Assembly (NCBI GenBank): GCA_963675755.2
Contig: CAXXMD010000003.1
Span: forward strand, 1,824,001-1,888,000
DNA: 64,000 nt
Source: a bacterium
GTDB taxonomy: Bacteria > Zhuqueibacterota > Zhuqueibacteria > Residuimicrobiales > Krinioviventaceae
Direction: 5' to 3'
This document shows positions 18,992 through 28,748 of this stretch, piece by piece (within the stretch, counting starts at the first letter, position 1; every line of letters starts with the position of its first letter). Below the pieces are notes generated by a model. That model did no database searches. It saw nothing but the letters and a program-made list of their open reading frames with translations, and was not told where the DNA came from. The translations under genes were made by a program, and so were the position numbers.

Positions 18992-20539
18992 ATGACAAAA
19001 ATAAACCTTGAAGATATTGAAAAAACCGTCAAGGTCCGTCCTCTGACCATTGAAGACTATGATCAGATCAAGACTATACAATTAAAATGTTTTCCCGGTA
19101 TGGAACCTTGGGGTATTGAACAAATTAAAAGCCAGTTGGATCTGTTCCCAGAGGGGCAGATTGGTGTCGAGTTTAATGGTCAGCTTATTGGCTCCTCAAG
19201 CAGCCTGATTATTGATTTTGATGAATATTCAGAAAAACATTCGTGGCAAGAAATCTCGGACAGTGGTTACATTACCAATCATGATATTGAAGGTGATACC
19301 CTTTATGGTATTGAAGTGATGGTTGATCCTGATTTTCAGGGCATGAAAATTGGGCGGCGTATCTACCAGGCCCGGAAACAATTGGCAAAGCAGTTAAATT
19401 TAAGACGAATTGTTATTGGCGGCAGGGTACCCAATTTTCATAAGTATATGCATGAAATGGATATTTATGAATATGTAGACCAGGTCATGCATCAGAAAAT
19501 TTATGACCCTGTGTTAACGTTTCAAATTGCAAACGGATTTGTATTAAAGCGTGTAATCCATGATTATTTGAAAAGTGACAGCGAGTCAAAAGGCTATGCC
19601 ATGTTGTTGGAATGGGTGAATCTCCATTACCATCCGCGTTCAGCTGAGTATAATCTGTCATCGTTACCGGTGCGGATTTGCTGCATCCAATACCAGATGC
19701 GAAAAATAGACTCTTTTGATGATTTTGCCCGAAATTGTGAATATTTTGTTGATGTTGCTTCTAATTACAAGGCCGATTTTGCACTGTTTCCTGAAATTTT
19801 CACGTTACAGTTGTTATCGTTTTTGCCGCAAGAACGTCCCGGTACTACAATTCGCAAGCTCAACAATTTTACCAATGATTATCTGGATTTATTTCAAAAC
19901 CTTGCGATCAAGTACGCTGTCAATATTATCGGCGGTTCACATTACTGTGAAGAAAATGGAGATCTTTTCAATATATCGTATTTGTTCAAAAGAGACGGCG
20001 GTATTGAAAAACAATACAAACTCCATATAACGCCTAATGAGCATCGTTGGTGGGGTATCAAACCGGGCAAGGGAATCAATGTTTTTGATACGGACCGTGG
20101 CAAAGTGGCAATTAATATTTGTTACGATGTAGAGTTTCCTGAAGTAACAAGAATTGCGACGGAAAAGGGCGCCAATATTATTTTTGTCCCCTTTTGTACG
20201 GATGAACGTCATGGTTATTTGCGGGTCCGTTATTGTTCTCAGGCACGCGCCATTGAAAATCAGGTTTATGTTGCTACTGCCGGTTGTGTGGGCAATATTC
20301 CATCTGTTGAAAATATGGATATCAATTATTCCCAGTCCGGTATTTTTACACCATCAGATTTTCCATTTGCCCGGGATGGAATTGCAGGAGAATGCCAGCC
20401 GAACATTGAAACGGTTGTCATTGCCGATGTTGACCTTGAGGTTTTGAAAAGAAATCGGCTTGCCGGCACGGTTTGTCAATTACGGGACAGGCGTAACGAT
20501 CTGTATTCATTAAAGGAATTGACTCCAAATGGAGAATAA
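18992..20539 (+). CDS. GNAT N-acetyltransferase / carbon-nitrogen hydrolase fusion
   Basis: VDPDFQGMKIGRRIY acetyl-CoA motif; FPE, KLH and ICYDVEFPE nitrilase triad. Confidence 0.92.
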   Translation: MTKINLEDIEKTVKVRPLTIEDYDQIKTIQLKCFPGMEPWGIEQIKSQLDLFPEGQIGVEFNGQLIGSSSSLIIDFDEYSEKHSWQEISDSGYITNHDIEGDTLYGIEVMVDPDFQGMKIGRRIYQARKQLAKQLNLRRIVIGGRVPNFHKYMHEMDIYEYVDQVMHQKIYDPVLTFQIANGFVLKRVIHDYLKSDSESKGYAMLLEWVNLHYHPRSAEYNLSSLPVRICCIQYQMRKIDSFDDFARNCEYFVDVASNYKADFALFPEIFTLQLLSFLPQERPGTTIRKLNNFTNDYLDLFQNLAIKYAVNIIGGSHYCEENGDLFNISYLFKRDGGIEKQYKLHITPNEHRWWGIKPGKGINVFDTDRGKVAINICYDVEFPEVTRIATEKGANIIFVPFCTDERHGYLRVRYCSQARAIENQVYVATAGCVGNIPSVENMDINYSQSGIFTPSDFPFARDGIAGECQPNIETVVIADVDLEVLKRNRLAGTVCQLRDRRNDLYSLKELTPNGE

Positions 20540-21431
20540 ATCATTTGATGTCTTGTGTGTGGGGCATGCCTCGTGGGATCTGATTTTTGAAATCAATCAT
20601 CAACCCCATAGTGATGAAAAGATGTTTGCCGAATCCCTGTCGTCAATGGGCGGGGGACCCGCGGCAAACGCGGCAGTAGCAGTCGCTCGGCTTGGAGGCA
20701 AATCCGCATTTATGGGCTATCTGGGTACAGACGATTTTGGAGACATGCATCTGCAAGAGTTTGAGCGAGAAGGCGTTTACACCGATTATCTCTTTCGCGG
20801 GAAACAACGCACTCCGGTTTCTTCGATCTATGTCAAGCCGGATGGCCAGCGTAGTGTAGTAAATTGGAAAGCGGATGTTGTTCCGCAATCCGCAGACAGT
20901 ATTTCGAAAGCCATGCTGGAGTCGTTAAATCCGCGAGTGATTCTGTTTGACGGGCACGAGCCGGAAATTTCAAGAGTGTTGTGCGAGTGGGCTAAAGAAA
21001 AGCAGATTACAACCCTGCTTGATGCCGGGTCGCTGCGGGAAGGAACACGCTTGCTCGCGGACAAGGTAGATGTATTGGCGGCTTCGAGCGCATTCGCAAA
21101 GGGACTGTGCGGTGATGTGAATCCAACGCAGGCGTTAAGCAAATTGTCAGAATTGAACGATAATGTGATCATAACCTATGGTGATCAGGGTTTGGTCTGG
21201 CAGCGAGATGGAGAAACAGGAGAACTGCCTGCGTTTCATGTTACCGCTGTGGATACCACGGGAGCGGGAGATGCTTTTCATGGTGCGCTTGCGTTTGCTG
21301 TATCTCGGGATATGCTCTGGAAAGAGTCGTTAGCATTTGCTTCTGCAGCCGCTGCATTATGTTGTACAAAACTGGGTGCGCGCATAGGACTGCCTGATTT
21401 AAGCGCTGTTTATGAGATCATGGGAAAATAA
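20529..21431 (+). CDS. PfkB family carbohydrate kinase
   Basis: GGGPAANAAVAVARLG and DTTGAGDAFHG signatures. Confidence 0.92.
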   Translation: MENKSFDVLCVGHASWDLIFEINHQPHSDEKMFAESLSSMGGGPAANAAVAVARLGGKSAFMGYLGTDDFGDMHLQEFEREGVYTDYLFRGKQRTPVSSIYVKPDGQRSVVNWKADVVPQSADSISKAMLESLNPRVILFDGHEPEISRVLCEWAKEKQITTLLDAGSLREGTRLLADKVDVLAASSAFAKGLCGDVNPTQALSKLSELNDNVIITYGDQGLVWQRDGETGELPAFHVTAVDTTGAGDAFHGALAFAVSRDMLWKESLAFASAAAALCCTKLGARIGLPDLSAVYEIMGK

Positions 21432-21510
21432 TGAGAGGGGGGGATGTACGGTCCGATAAAGAGTGTGTGATACCGGACCGCACGTGTATGTTTATGGTAT
21501 AGGGTCTGTT

Positions 21511-22062
21511 TTAATGCTGCTGAACAGTAACTGTATTGTAACTGCCAAACTGTTCAACAATTGCCGTGTTGCCATCACCTTGTTCGATCATAATAATATT
21601 CTCTTTACCATTTTCCTGAACGATAGAAGCAAGGTTTTCGGAACCAATTTGATTTATGATAAAATTGTTATTGCTGCTGTTTACAATTGAAATGTCTGCA
21701 CTGTTGCTGTTTCCGGTTTGATTGACAGAGATACCCTCAGTCAGTTCCGGATCAGATGAATGGGTTGTGCCATTGTCACTGCCTTTAATCTCTATTTCCA
21801 GCAGATTGTTGTTACCCGTCTGTTCAAGATTGAGCTGGTTTTGGGCGCCATTAATATCCACACTTGAAATATTCATCATGCCGGCTTGTTCCAGATACAG
21901 AGAATTGCTGATGGATTCATCATTCGCGAATGATACCTGGATGTCATTTTCCAGAGGATTCACTTGCGTGATTGTTACCGCATTCGTTAGATCCGCTTTT
22001 TCTGCTGACAGCAAGCATCCGGTAAAAAGAACAAGAAATAATGTTATAATTTTGGTTCGCAA
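21511..22062 (-). CDS. Curlin-repeat-like secreted protein
   Basis: Repeated N-x-x-x-psi-x-Q-x-G-x-x-N units. TTG start at 22062 inferred because it gives a signal peptide (LRTKIITLFLVLF...). Confidence 0.68.
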   Translation of the reverse strand: MRTKIITLFLVLFTGCLLSAEKADLTNAVTITQVNPLENDIQVSFANDESISNSLYLEQAGMMNISSVDINGAQNQLNLEQTGNNNLLEIEIKGSDNGTTHSSDPELTEGISVNQTGNSNSADISIVNSSNNNFIINQIGSENLASIVQENGKENIIMIEQGDGNTAIVEQFGSYNTVTVQQH

Positions 22063-22316
22063 AATAGGGTCTTTCTGTTTTGTTGCTGCTATATTAGCAA
22101 AAAGTCTGCCACGAAAGTAGGTGGCACAAGTTGTTGTTTTTACTGGTTTGTTTTGTTTGGATTGTGAAAACGAGTTAAATAAAATGGGTAACCAGGGGGT
22201 CAATATGACCCGTAATGCCGGGATGAATAAATACTGGTACCAATAAATGTAAATTTCTATTTGCAGGTTTGACATGTATTTTGTAAACTGTTAAAAAATA
22301 AAAATAGAAAGATATT

Positions 22317-23195
22317 ATGACTGAACAGGCAACATTTAATTTTGAAAATCCTGATAAAAGTCAAGATTCAGGTACCGGCCCCGAATCCGTATTGCTGGAT
22401 GGATTGAATCTGGAACGTCCCCTGGTGTTTTTTGATCTTGAAACCACCGGACTGGACCAGGATATTGATCGCATTGTACAATTTGCGTTTTTAAAAGTAA
22501 ATCCTGACCGCACTCAGGAAGAGTGGCAGGAACTGGTAAATCCACGCATCCCTATACCGGCTGAATCTTCTGCTGTGCACAAGATTACCGATGAGACCGT
22601 AAAAGACAAACCCGACTTTGCACATTTTGCGCCTCTGGTCAAAGCATATCTGGAAGATTGCGATCTGTCCGGATTCAACATTATTCGTTTTGATGTACCT
22701 TTTTTGCAAAAAGAGCTGGACCGTCACGGTGAGGCGCTGGATCTTGAAAAGATCCGGGTGGTAGACGCGCAAACCATCTTTCATAAAATGGAGCCGCGTA
22801 CCCTTTCCGCAGCGTATCGCTATTACTGCGGGGGCGAGCATGAAGACGCGCACGATGCCATGGGCGATGTGCGTGTAACGCTGGATGTATTCAACGCACA
22901 GTTGTACAAATATACCGAATTACCCAAAGATATGAGCAAACTCGGTTCTTTTTGTAATCTAAATGATGATCGCTGGGTTACTCCCGACCGCAGGTTCTAC
23001 TGGCGTCATGGTGAACCTGTGATAGCATTCGGAAAACACAAGGGTAAAACACTTTTATGGTTATCGAATAACGAAACCCATTACCTGAATTGGATGATAA
23101 ACGGTGAGTTTTCGGATGAAACCAAAGAAATGGTAAAGCAGGCGCTTCAGGGCGTGATCCCCAAAAAGTCAACAGAGGATAGTAATGATTCATAA
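22317..23195 (+). CDS. DEDDh 3'-5' exonuclease (DnaQ-like)
   Basis: FFDLETTG, GFNIIRFD and AHDAMGD motifs; C-terminal FGKHKG domain. Confidence 0.9.
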   Translation: MTEQATFNFENPDKSQDSGTGPESVLLDGLNLERPLVFFDLETTGLDQDIDRIVQFAFLKVNPDRTQEEWQELVNPRIPIPAESSAVHKITDETVKDKPDFAHFAPLVKAYLEDCDLSGFNIIRFDVPFLQKELDRHGEALDLEKIRVVDAQTIFHKMEPRTLSAAYRYYCGGEHEDAHDAMGDVRVTLDVFNAQLYKYTELPKDMSKLGSFCNLNDDRWVTPDRRFYWRHGEPVIAFGKHKGKTLLWLSNNETHYLNWMINGEFSDETKEMVKQALQGVIPKKSTEDSNDS

Positions 23196-25119
23196 TATTA
23201 TATTTGATTTTGACAGTACCCTCATTAACGCCGAAGGCAACGAGTTGTTAATTGCGCATGCTTTGGGCAGATTGCCGGAAAAAGAAAAAGCGGAAAAACT
23301 GGAGCAGATGCAAACCCTGACCCGGCAATGTACCAATGGAGAGATTCCCCTGACAAAGGCCATGAGCGGCCGCTATGCGCTGACACAGCTTGAAGCAGAG
23401 GATGTTGATGCTGTCTCTAAAGCCATTGTAGATACCATAAATCCCAAGATCAAAGAAGCGCTCGATGCTCTTCGCGCACGGGACAAGAATATATTTGTCT
23501 ACAGTACCAGTCCCGAGCAGGTTGTGCTGCCTGTGACAGATGCCCTGGGCATTACCCGTGAAAACGTATTCACAACCCATCTGCAAACCAAAGATGATGG
23601 CACCATTCTCGGTATTCAGGAAGATGGTCCGCTTTGCATGACCCTGGGCAAGGTTTATGTTTCGGAGCAATTGAAAAGTCAGGAACGGCTGACAGGTCCC
23701 ACTGCAATTATTGGGGATGGCGTTACTGATCTTGCTGTCAAGAAAAACGGAATTGCGGAAATGTTTGTCTATTACGCGGGTACAATTGATCGTGAAGACA
23801 TTCGTTTGCAGGCGGATTTTACCATTGATAATTTTGATCAGTTATTGCCGCTTCTCAGCTCTACAGAAGAATATCAGCCGCAAGCCAAAGATGCCGGTTT
23901 GAGCGATGAGGATTTACATACTCCCAATGTATTTCTCCTAGAGAATGTACATAATATTGCCATTGAACGGTTAAACAGTGCCCAATACAATGTGGCGAGT
24001 TATCAGCCGGCATGGAGTGAGCAAGAGCTGATTGAAAAGGCCCTGCACGCCAATGTAATGGGGATCCGTTCCAAAACCAAACTTACCGCCAATGTGTTGA
24101 ACCATTTAAAAGATTTGTGGGTAATTGGTGCTTTTTGTATCGGTACCAACCAAATCGATCTTGAAACTGCAACCGCAGCAGGCATTCCGGTTTTTAACGC
24201 CCCTTACAGCAACACCCGTTCAGTTGCCGAGCTGGTGGTAGGAGAGACCATTATGCTGATGCGTCGTACTTTTGAAAAAAGCGCGGCTGCGCATTCCGGC
24301 AAATGGTTGAAACAGGCTGATGGCTGCAGCGAGATTCGTGGTAAAACCGTGGGTATCGTGGGATATGGTCACATCGGTTCTCAGGTTTCCATCATGCTGG
24401 AAAATCTGGGAATGACTGTACTGTTCCATGATATTGTCGATAAACTCCCCCTGGGCAACGCGCAAAAAGTAAATGACCTTTACGATCTGCTGGAGCGCTC
24501 GGATGTGGTTACCCTGCACGTTCCAGACACTCTGGATACACGGGGATTGATAGGGGAAAAAGAACTGGTGCGTATGAAGCGCGGCAGTTACCTCATCAAC
24601 GCCAGCCGCGGCCGGGTTGTGGATATTGAGCCGCTGCATAAACTCCTGGAATACGGCCATATTGCCGGTGCGGCAGTGGATGTGTTTCCGGCAGAGCCTG
24701 CAAGCACAGAGGAGGCGTTCCAGTCACCCTTGCAGGGCATGCCCAATGTTATCCTTACTCCGCATATTGGCGGCAGTACTTTGGAAGCGCAGGAAAATAT
24801 TGCCCGCTATGTGAGTGAGAAAATGATCAGTTTTGTTAAAACCGGTTCCACAATGGGATCTGTTAATTTCCCCGAGGTGGAGCTTCCGCGGGTGGACAAT
24901 ACTCACCGTATTTTGCACATCCACAAGAATGTACCGGGTGTGCTCGCCAAGATCAACAGTGTGTTTGCGCGCCGCAATATCAATGTTGAAGGACAGATAT
25001 TGCAAACCCGGGATACCATTGGTTATCTGATTGTGGATGTGGACCGGGATGTGTCGCATCAGGTCTTTGAGATCATGAAGCACATTACCGAGACCGTTCA
25101 GGTTAGAAGAATATTATAA
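23185..25119 (+). CDS. serA: Fused HAD phosphoserine-phosphatase-like domain / D-3-phosphoglycerate dehydrogenase with ACT domain
   Basis: N-terminal FDFDSTL and IGDGVTD; SerA motifs FCIGTNQID, NTRSVAEL, GYGHIG, TPHIGGSTLEAQ; ACT HKNVPGVL. Confidence 0.92.
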   Translation: MIHNIIFDFDSTLINAEGNELLIAHALGRLPEKEKAEKLEQMQTLTRQCTNGEIPLTKAMSGRYALTQLEAEDVDAVSKAIVDTINPKIKEALDALRARDKNIFVYSTSPEQVVLPVTDALGITRENVFTTHLQTKDDGTILGIQEDGPLCMTLGKVYVSEQLKSQERLTGPTAIIGDGVTDLAVKKNGIAEMFVYYAGTIDREDIRLQADFTIDNFDQLLPLLSSTEEYQPQAKDAGLSDEDLHTPNVFLLENVHNIAIERLNSAQYNVASYQPAWSEQELIEKALHANVMGIRSKTKLTANVLNHLKDLWVIGAFCIGTNQIDLETATAAGIPVFNAPYSNTRSVAELVVGETIMLMRRTFEKSAAAHSGKWLKQADGCSEIRGKTVGIVGYGHIGSQVSIMLENLGMTVLFHDIVDKLPLGNAQKVNDLYDLLERSDVVTLHVPDTLDTRGLIGEKELVRMKRGSYLINASRGRVVDIEPLHKLLEYGHIAGAAVDVFPAEPASTEEAFQSPLQGMPNVILTPHIGGSTLEAQENIARYVSEKMISFVKTGSTMGSVNFPEVELPRVDNTHRILHIHKNVPGVLAKINSVFARRNINVEGQILQTRDTIGYLIVDVDRDVSHQVFEIMKHITETVQVRRIL

Positions 25120-25133
25120 ATTAGATATTATCC

Positions 25134-25161
25134 CCTCCGGGAGGTCTTGACCTCCCGGAGG
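25134..25161. repeat. Perfect 13-bp-stem palindrome (REP-like or terminator)
   Basis: CCTCCGGGAGGTC-TT-GACCTCCCGGAGG. Confidence 0.7.
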
Positions 25162-25186
25162 TTTACAGGAACAAACAGGAAACAGA

Positions 25187-25585
25187 ATGTCAAAGAAATA
25201 TATCGCTACGCTAATCGTCCGCAGTTACGAACTGGACTCTTTTGGACATGTCAATAATGCTGTCTATTTGCAATACCTTGAATATGCACGTTGTCAATAT
25301 ATGAACCAGGCTGGACTCTCTTTTCAGAAATTCCATGATTGGGGTGTAACGCCTTTTGTAACCCGGGTGGACATACAGTACAAGTCCCCTTGTTTTGTGG
25401 ACAATGATATAGAACTGATAGCAGAGTTTACCGAGTGGCGTCGGGTGGGCTTTACCCTCGAGTATGAGGTTAATAATAAATCGACCGGTCAGCTAGTGGC
25501 CTTGGCTACTGTAAGCTTTGGATTCGCTGATGCAAGCGGCAAGATCACCAAGGTGCCAAAGGAATTTAAAGAAAAGCTGATGTAA
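25187..25585 (+). CDS. Acyl-CoA thioesterase (4HBT/YbgC hot-dog family)
   Basis: VRSYELDSFGHVNNAVYLQYLEYAR motif. Confidence 0.9.
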   Translation: MSKKYIATLIVRSYELDSFGHVNNAVYLQYLEYARCQYMNQAGLSFQKFHDWGVTPFVTRVDIQYKSPCFVDNDIELIAEFTEWRRVGFTLEYEVNNKSTGQLVALATVSFGFADASGKITKVPKEFKEKLM

Positions 25586-25810
25586 CTGCTGATGTCTGGC
25601 AATTAAAAGGGGAGATGATCTTTTTTTACTCCAATCCATCATGTGATATATCAGAAATTGGGAGTTTTTGATTTATTCATGTATTTTTTGGATTTAGTCT
25701 TTTTAGGTCAAGGAAATCTAATTTTATATGTATTGAAATAGATGCTCTTAATTGGAATTTTTGCCCACGAAACACACAAAAAATCACGAAAGCAAAATAG
25801 GCCACCCGGT

Positions 25811-26020
25811 GATTGTTGAAAAAGGTCATTATCTTGAAAAAACTAAAAACTCTCCGACCCAAATTTGATTTGGGTCGGAACTATGGTGCGAAGCTGTGCT
25901 TCGCAAATATTTGTAAATTAACGAGCTGCGCATTGCTAAATATTCTCCAAGCACAGCTTGGAGCTAACTTTTCTTACCAAATAAAATTTGGTAAGGAGAT
26001 TGTTTAGTTTTTCAACAGCC
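25811..26020. mobile_element. Candidate MITE-like element carrying an inverted quartet of palindromes
   Basis: Ends GATTGTTGAAAAA / TTTTTCAACAGCC; flanking ACCCGG direct repeats (25804-25809, 26021-26026); four internal hairpins. Confidence 0.5.
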
Positions 26021-26035
26021 ACCCGGAGGTTGCTT

Positions 26036-27055
26036 TATGCGTGACGGAGAGCGCTGCGCTTAACTCCGTCACAATCATGTGGGTTTAGATTTTTTTTTGG
26101 CATTTGTTTCTTGATTGTTCAATACCGTAATGCGTCCGTCTGCGACGGACAAACGAAATGAATTTCGTTTTACAATTCCCGTGCTTTTTTATGTTTTTGT
26201 GTTTATTCGTGTGTTTCGTGGGCCATCTTTTTCAGGTTCCAGAGCAACGCCACTGGATTCCGTGGTGTGTCAAGTTATGCGTGACGGAGAGCGCTATGCT
26301 TATCTCCGTCACGATCATGTGGGTCTAGATTTCCCTTTGGGACTTTGTTTCTTGTTTATTCAATACCGTAATGCGTCCGTCTGCGACGGACAAACGAAAT
26401 GAATTTCGTTCTACAATCTCTGTGCTTTTTTATATTTATGCGTGACGGAGAGCGCTATGCTTATCTCCGTCACGATCATGTGGGTCTAGATTTCCCTTTG
26501 GGACTTTGTTTCTTGTTTATTCAATATCGTAATATGACCGTCGCAGACGGACAAACGAATGAGATTCGTTCTACAATTCCCGTGCTTTTTTATGTTTTTG
26601 TGTTTATTCGTGTGTTTCGTGGGCCATCTTTTTCAGGTTCCAGAGCAACGCCACTGGATTCCGTGGTGTGTTAAGTTATGCGTGACGGAGAGCGCTATGC
26701 TTATCTCCGTCACGATCATGTGGTTCTAGATTTTCCTTTGGGATTTTGTTTCTTGTTTATTCAATATCGTAATATGTCCGTCGCAGCCGGACAAACGAAT
26801 GAGATTCGTTCTACAATCTCTGTGCTTTTTTATATTTATGCGTGACGGAGAGCGCTATGCTTATCTCCGTCACGATCATATTTTTTATCAGCGCATGTCC
26901 GCCCTTTGGCTGATTCATCTGTGGTTCATTTTTAGTTCTGCCCTTCGATACTCTCACTCGTCCGCTAAACGACAGCAGACTCGCTCGAACTCAGGGCACG
27001 TGCTTTTTTATGTTTTTGTGTTTATTTGTGTATTTCGTGGGTAATCTTTTTCAGG
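26036..27055. repeat. Cluster C: tandem array of 240/161/240/160-bp composite units plus a terminal composite unit
   Basis: 34-bp hairpin starts at 26040, 26280, 26441, 26681 and 26841 with near-identical intervening sequence. Confidence 0.95.
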
Positions 27056-27103
27056 AAATGAAGAGTTATAGTTCATTTAGAAATTTTGGGGATTCCGCAG
27101 GAT

Positions 27104-28744
27104 TTAATGTACCACTCCCACCAGGTTAATATTTTGGGTATTTACAGCAAAATGAAACTCTGCGGCAGAGGGTGCAATATGAGCGTTTTTTAATTTCGTA
27201 ATCCGGATGATGGAATAACGGTTTGCGTTAATGTCCTTGTCAAGTGAGATGATAATTCGCTTGTTGTCTGTTTTACGCCAGGTAAGCGTTTTGATTTTTT
27301 TACCTTGCGGATTTAACAGGTCTATTTGATAATCTGTTTTATCGCTGTCACGGTCTAACAGTAAATTTTCATTATCAACAAAGGCCAGTTCGCTCTCATT
27401 TACAGATTCAAATTCTATGGGTGAGACTTCGTCCATAAAATGTTTCAAGACCTTGTCCCTGCGCTGGATCAGGGTTTTGATCATATAAGCTTCTGCGTCC
27501 GGTTCGGGATAATCAGCCGCTTTGACCAATGCGGTTATATGCTCGTCAGTTAACGCGGCCAGTATTTTTGCCGCCCAGTAATCATCCGCGGGTTGACTGG
27601 AGCGAATCGGCAGGTAGGGGTATACTTCTTTCCACTCACCGGGATTAAATTTGTCAGACTCAAAGGCACCCACAGATTTCCAGGGGGTATATTCCAGTTT
27701 TTCCCAATTGTGTATTTTTAATCCTGCTGCAATAAAATTATTAAAGGCAGAACTGTAACTGAAATAATGTTCAAACCCATCCCATTTGTAATCATGTTCT
27801 GCGCCATGGCCTCCAAAAGCTTCGCCAAAATCCAGCAGGTAGTGTTCAACATGACCTTTGCCGGGTTCTCCGGTATAGATATCTGCACTGTTGTCAATTC
27901 GAATATCGCTATGGTTCACAAATGAACAAAAAACTTTTAATGCTCTGAGGATGCGAAGGTTTTCATGTGGTATGCGATCGTTCAAATCGTCTTTGCGAGT
28001 TCCCTCTGCCGGTACGGGTCCCAGAAAAATGCCCTGTAACCACAAACTGGCAGTCGCGCGATATACATTGTCTACGGGCTCTGCAACCTGATGTAATACG
28101 TCTGTTAAATCGTTTATTGAAAGTTCACTTTTATCATCTATTAACAAATCATTCTTGTTGAAATAGATCAAATAATCTTCGGGAACATTATATCCAAATC
28201 CCCAAAACAGGCGGCTCACAATCAGATCCGTTGTGGTTTCAATTCCGGGAAATTCCGGGGGATCAAATTTCAGCAGATACGATTTACCCCTGCTGTCTTT
28301 GATAATAAAGCCCGGATTTCCACCACCCTTTTTAGCTTTACTCACATAAAAGGGCTTTTGGGGTGGGCCAATTTCTTCCAGGCCGTGTAACAATTCTTCT
28401 GAGGTAATATCCCTGAATCCCAGACGTGGAGTGTACCAACTGGAAGTGATAACATTGTCCGTCGCGTTAACATCCATTGCAGATGGTATTTTTGAAACAT
28501 CCAATGCGTTGACCATGGGATTTCTAAACAGCACATCATAGGTATAGAATAATTTTTCATAATTACTGGATTTGGGTACAGGCACCGGTTTTTTATCGTT
28601 TGCGGTTGTTATTACAGGCGCATCGTTAAATTTAGCCAGTCGGGATGAACAACCAAGAGAAAGGATAAATATTATAAATCCGAAAAAGAGTATGGATTTT
28701 AATTGGTGTTTATAGGATTGCCCGGTTCTGTTTATTCTCATCAT
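27104..28744 (-). CDS. Lipoprotein with atypical protein-kinase-like (HipA/PI3K-type) motifs
   Basis: LSLGC lipobox; KKGGGNPG, YLLKFD, NHSDIRIDN and YLLDFG. Confidence 0.55.
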   Translation of the reverse strand: MMRINRTGQSYKHQLKSILFFGFIIFILSLGCSSRLAKFNDAPVITTANDKKPVPVPKSSNYEKLFYTYDVLFRNPMVNALDVSKIPSAMDVNATDNVITSSWYTPRLGFRDITSEELLHGLEEIGPPQKPFYVSKAKKGGGNPGFIIKDSRGKSYLLKFDPPEFPGIETTTDLIVSRLFWGFGYNVPEDYLIYFNKNDLLIDDKSELSINDLTDVLHQVAEPVDNVYRATASLWLQGIFLGPVPAEGTRKDDLNDRIPHENLRILRALKVFCSFVNHSDIRIDNSADIYTGEPGKGHVEHYLLDFGEAFGGHGAEHDYKWDGFEHYFSYSSAFNNFIAAGLKIHNWEKLEYTPWKSVGAFESDKFNPGEWKEVYPYLPIRSSQPADDYWAAKILAALTDEHITALVKAADYPEPDAEAYMIKTLIQRRDKVLKHFMDEVSPIEFESVNESELAFVDNENLLLDRDSDKTDYQIDLLNPQGKKIKTLTWRKTDNKRIIISLDKDINANRYSIIRITKLKNAHIAPSAAEFHFAVNTQNINLVGVVH

Positions 28745-28748
28745 TGTA

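Noticed and set aside
26036-26880. CRISPR array (34-bp palindromic repeat, five copies)
   Set aside because: Intervening sequences are 126-206 bp and near-identical rather than unique spacers; no cas genes; the repeat also occurs dispersed.
26115-27044. Short ORFs 26115-26402, 26399-26674 and 26799-27044
   Set aside because: They are translations of the repeat modules, with no RBS or protein-like features.
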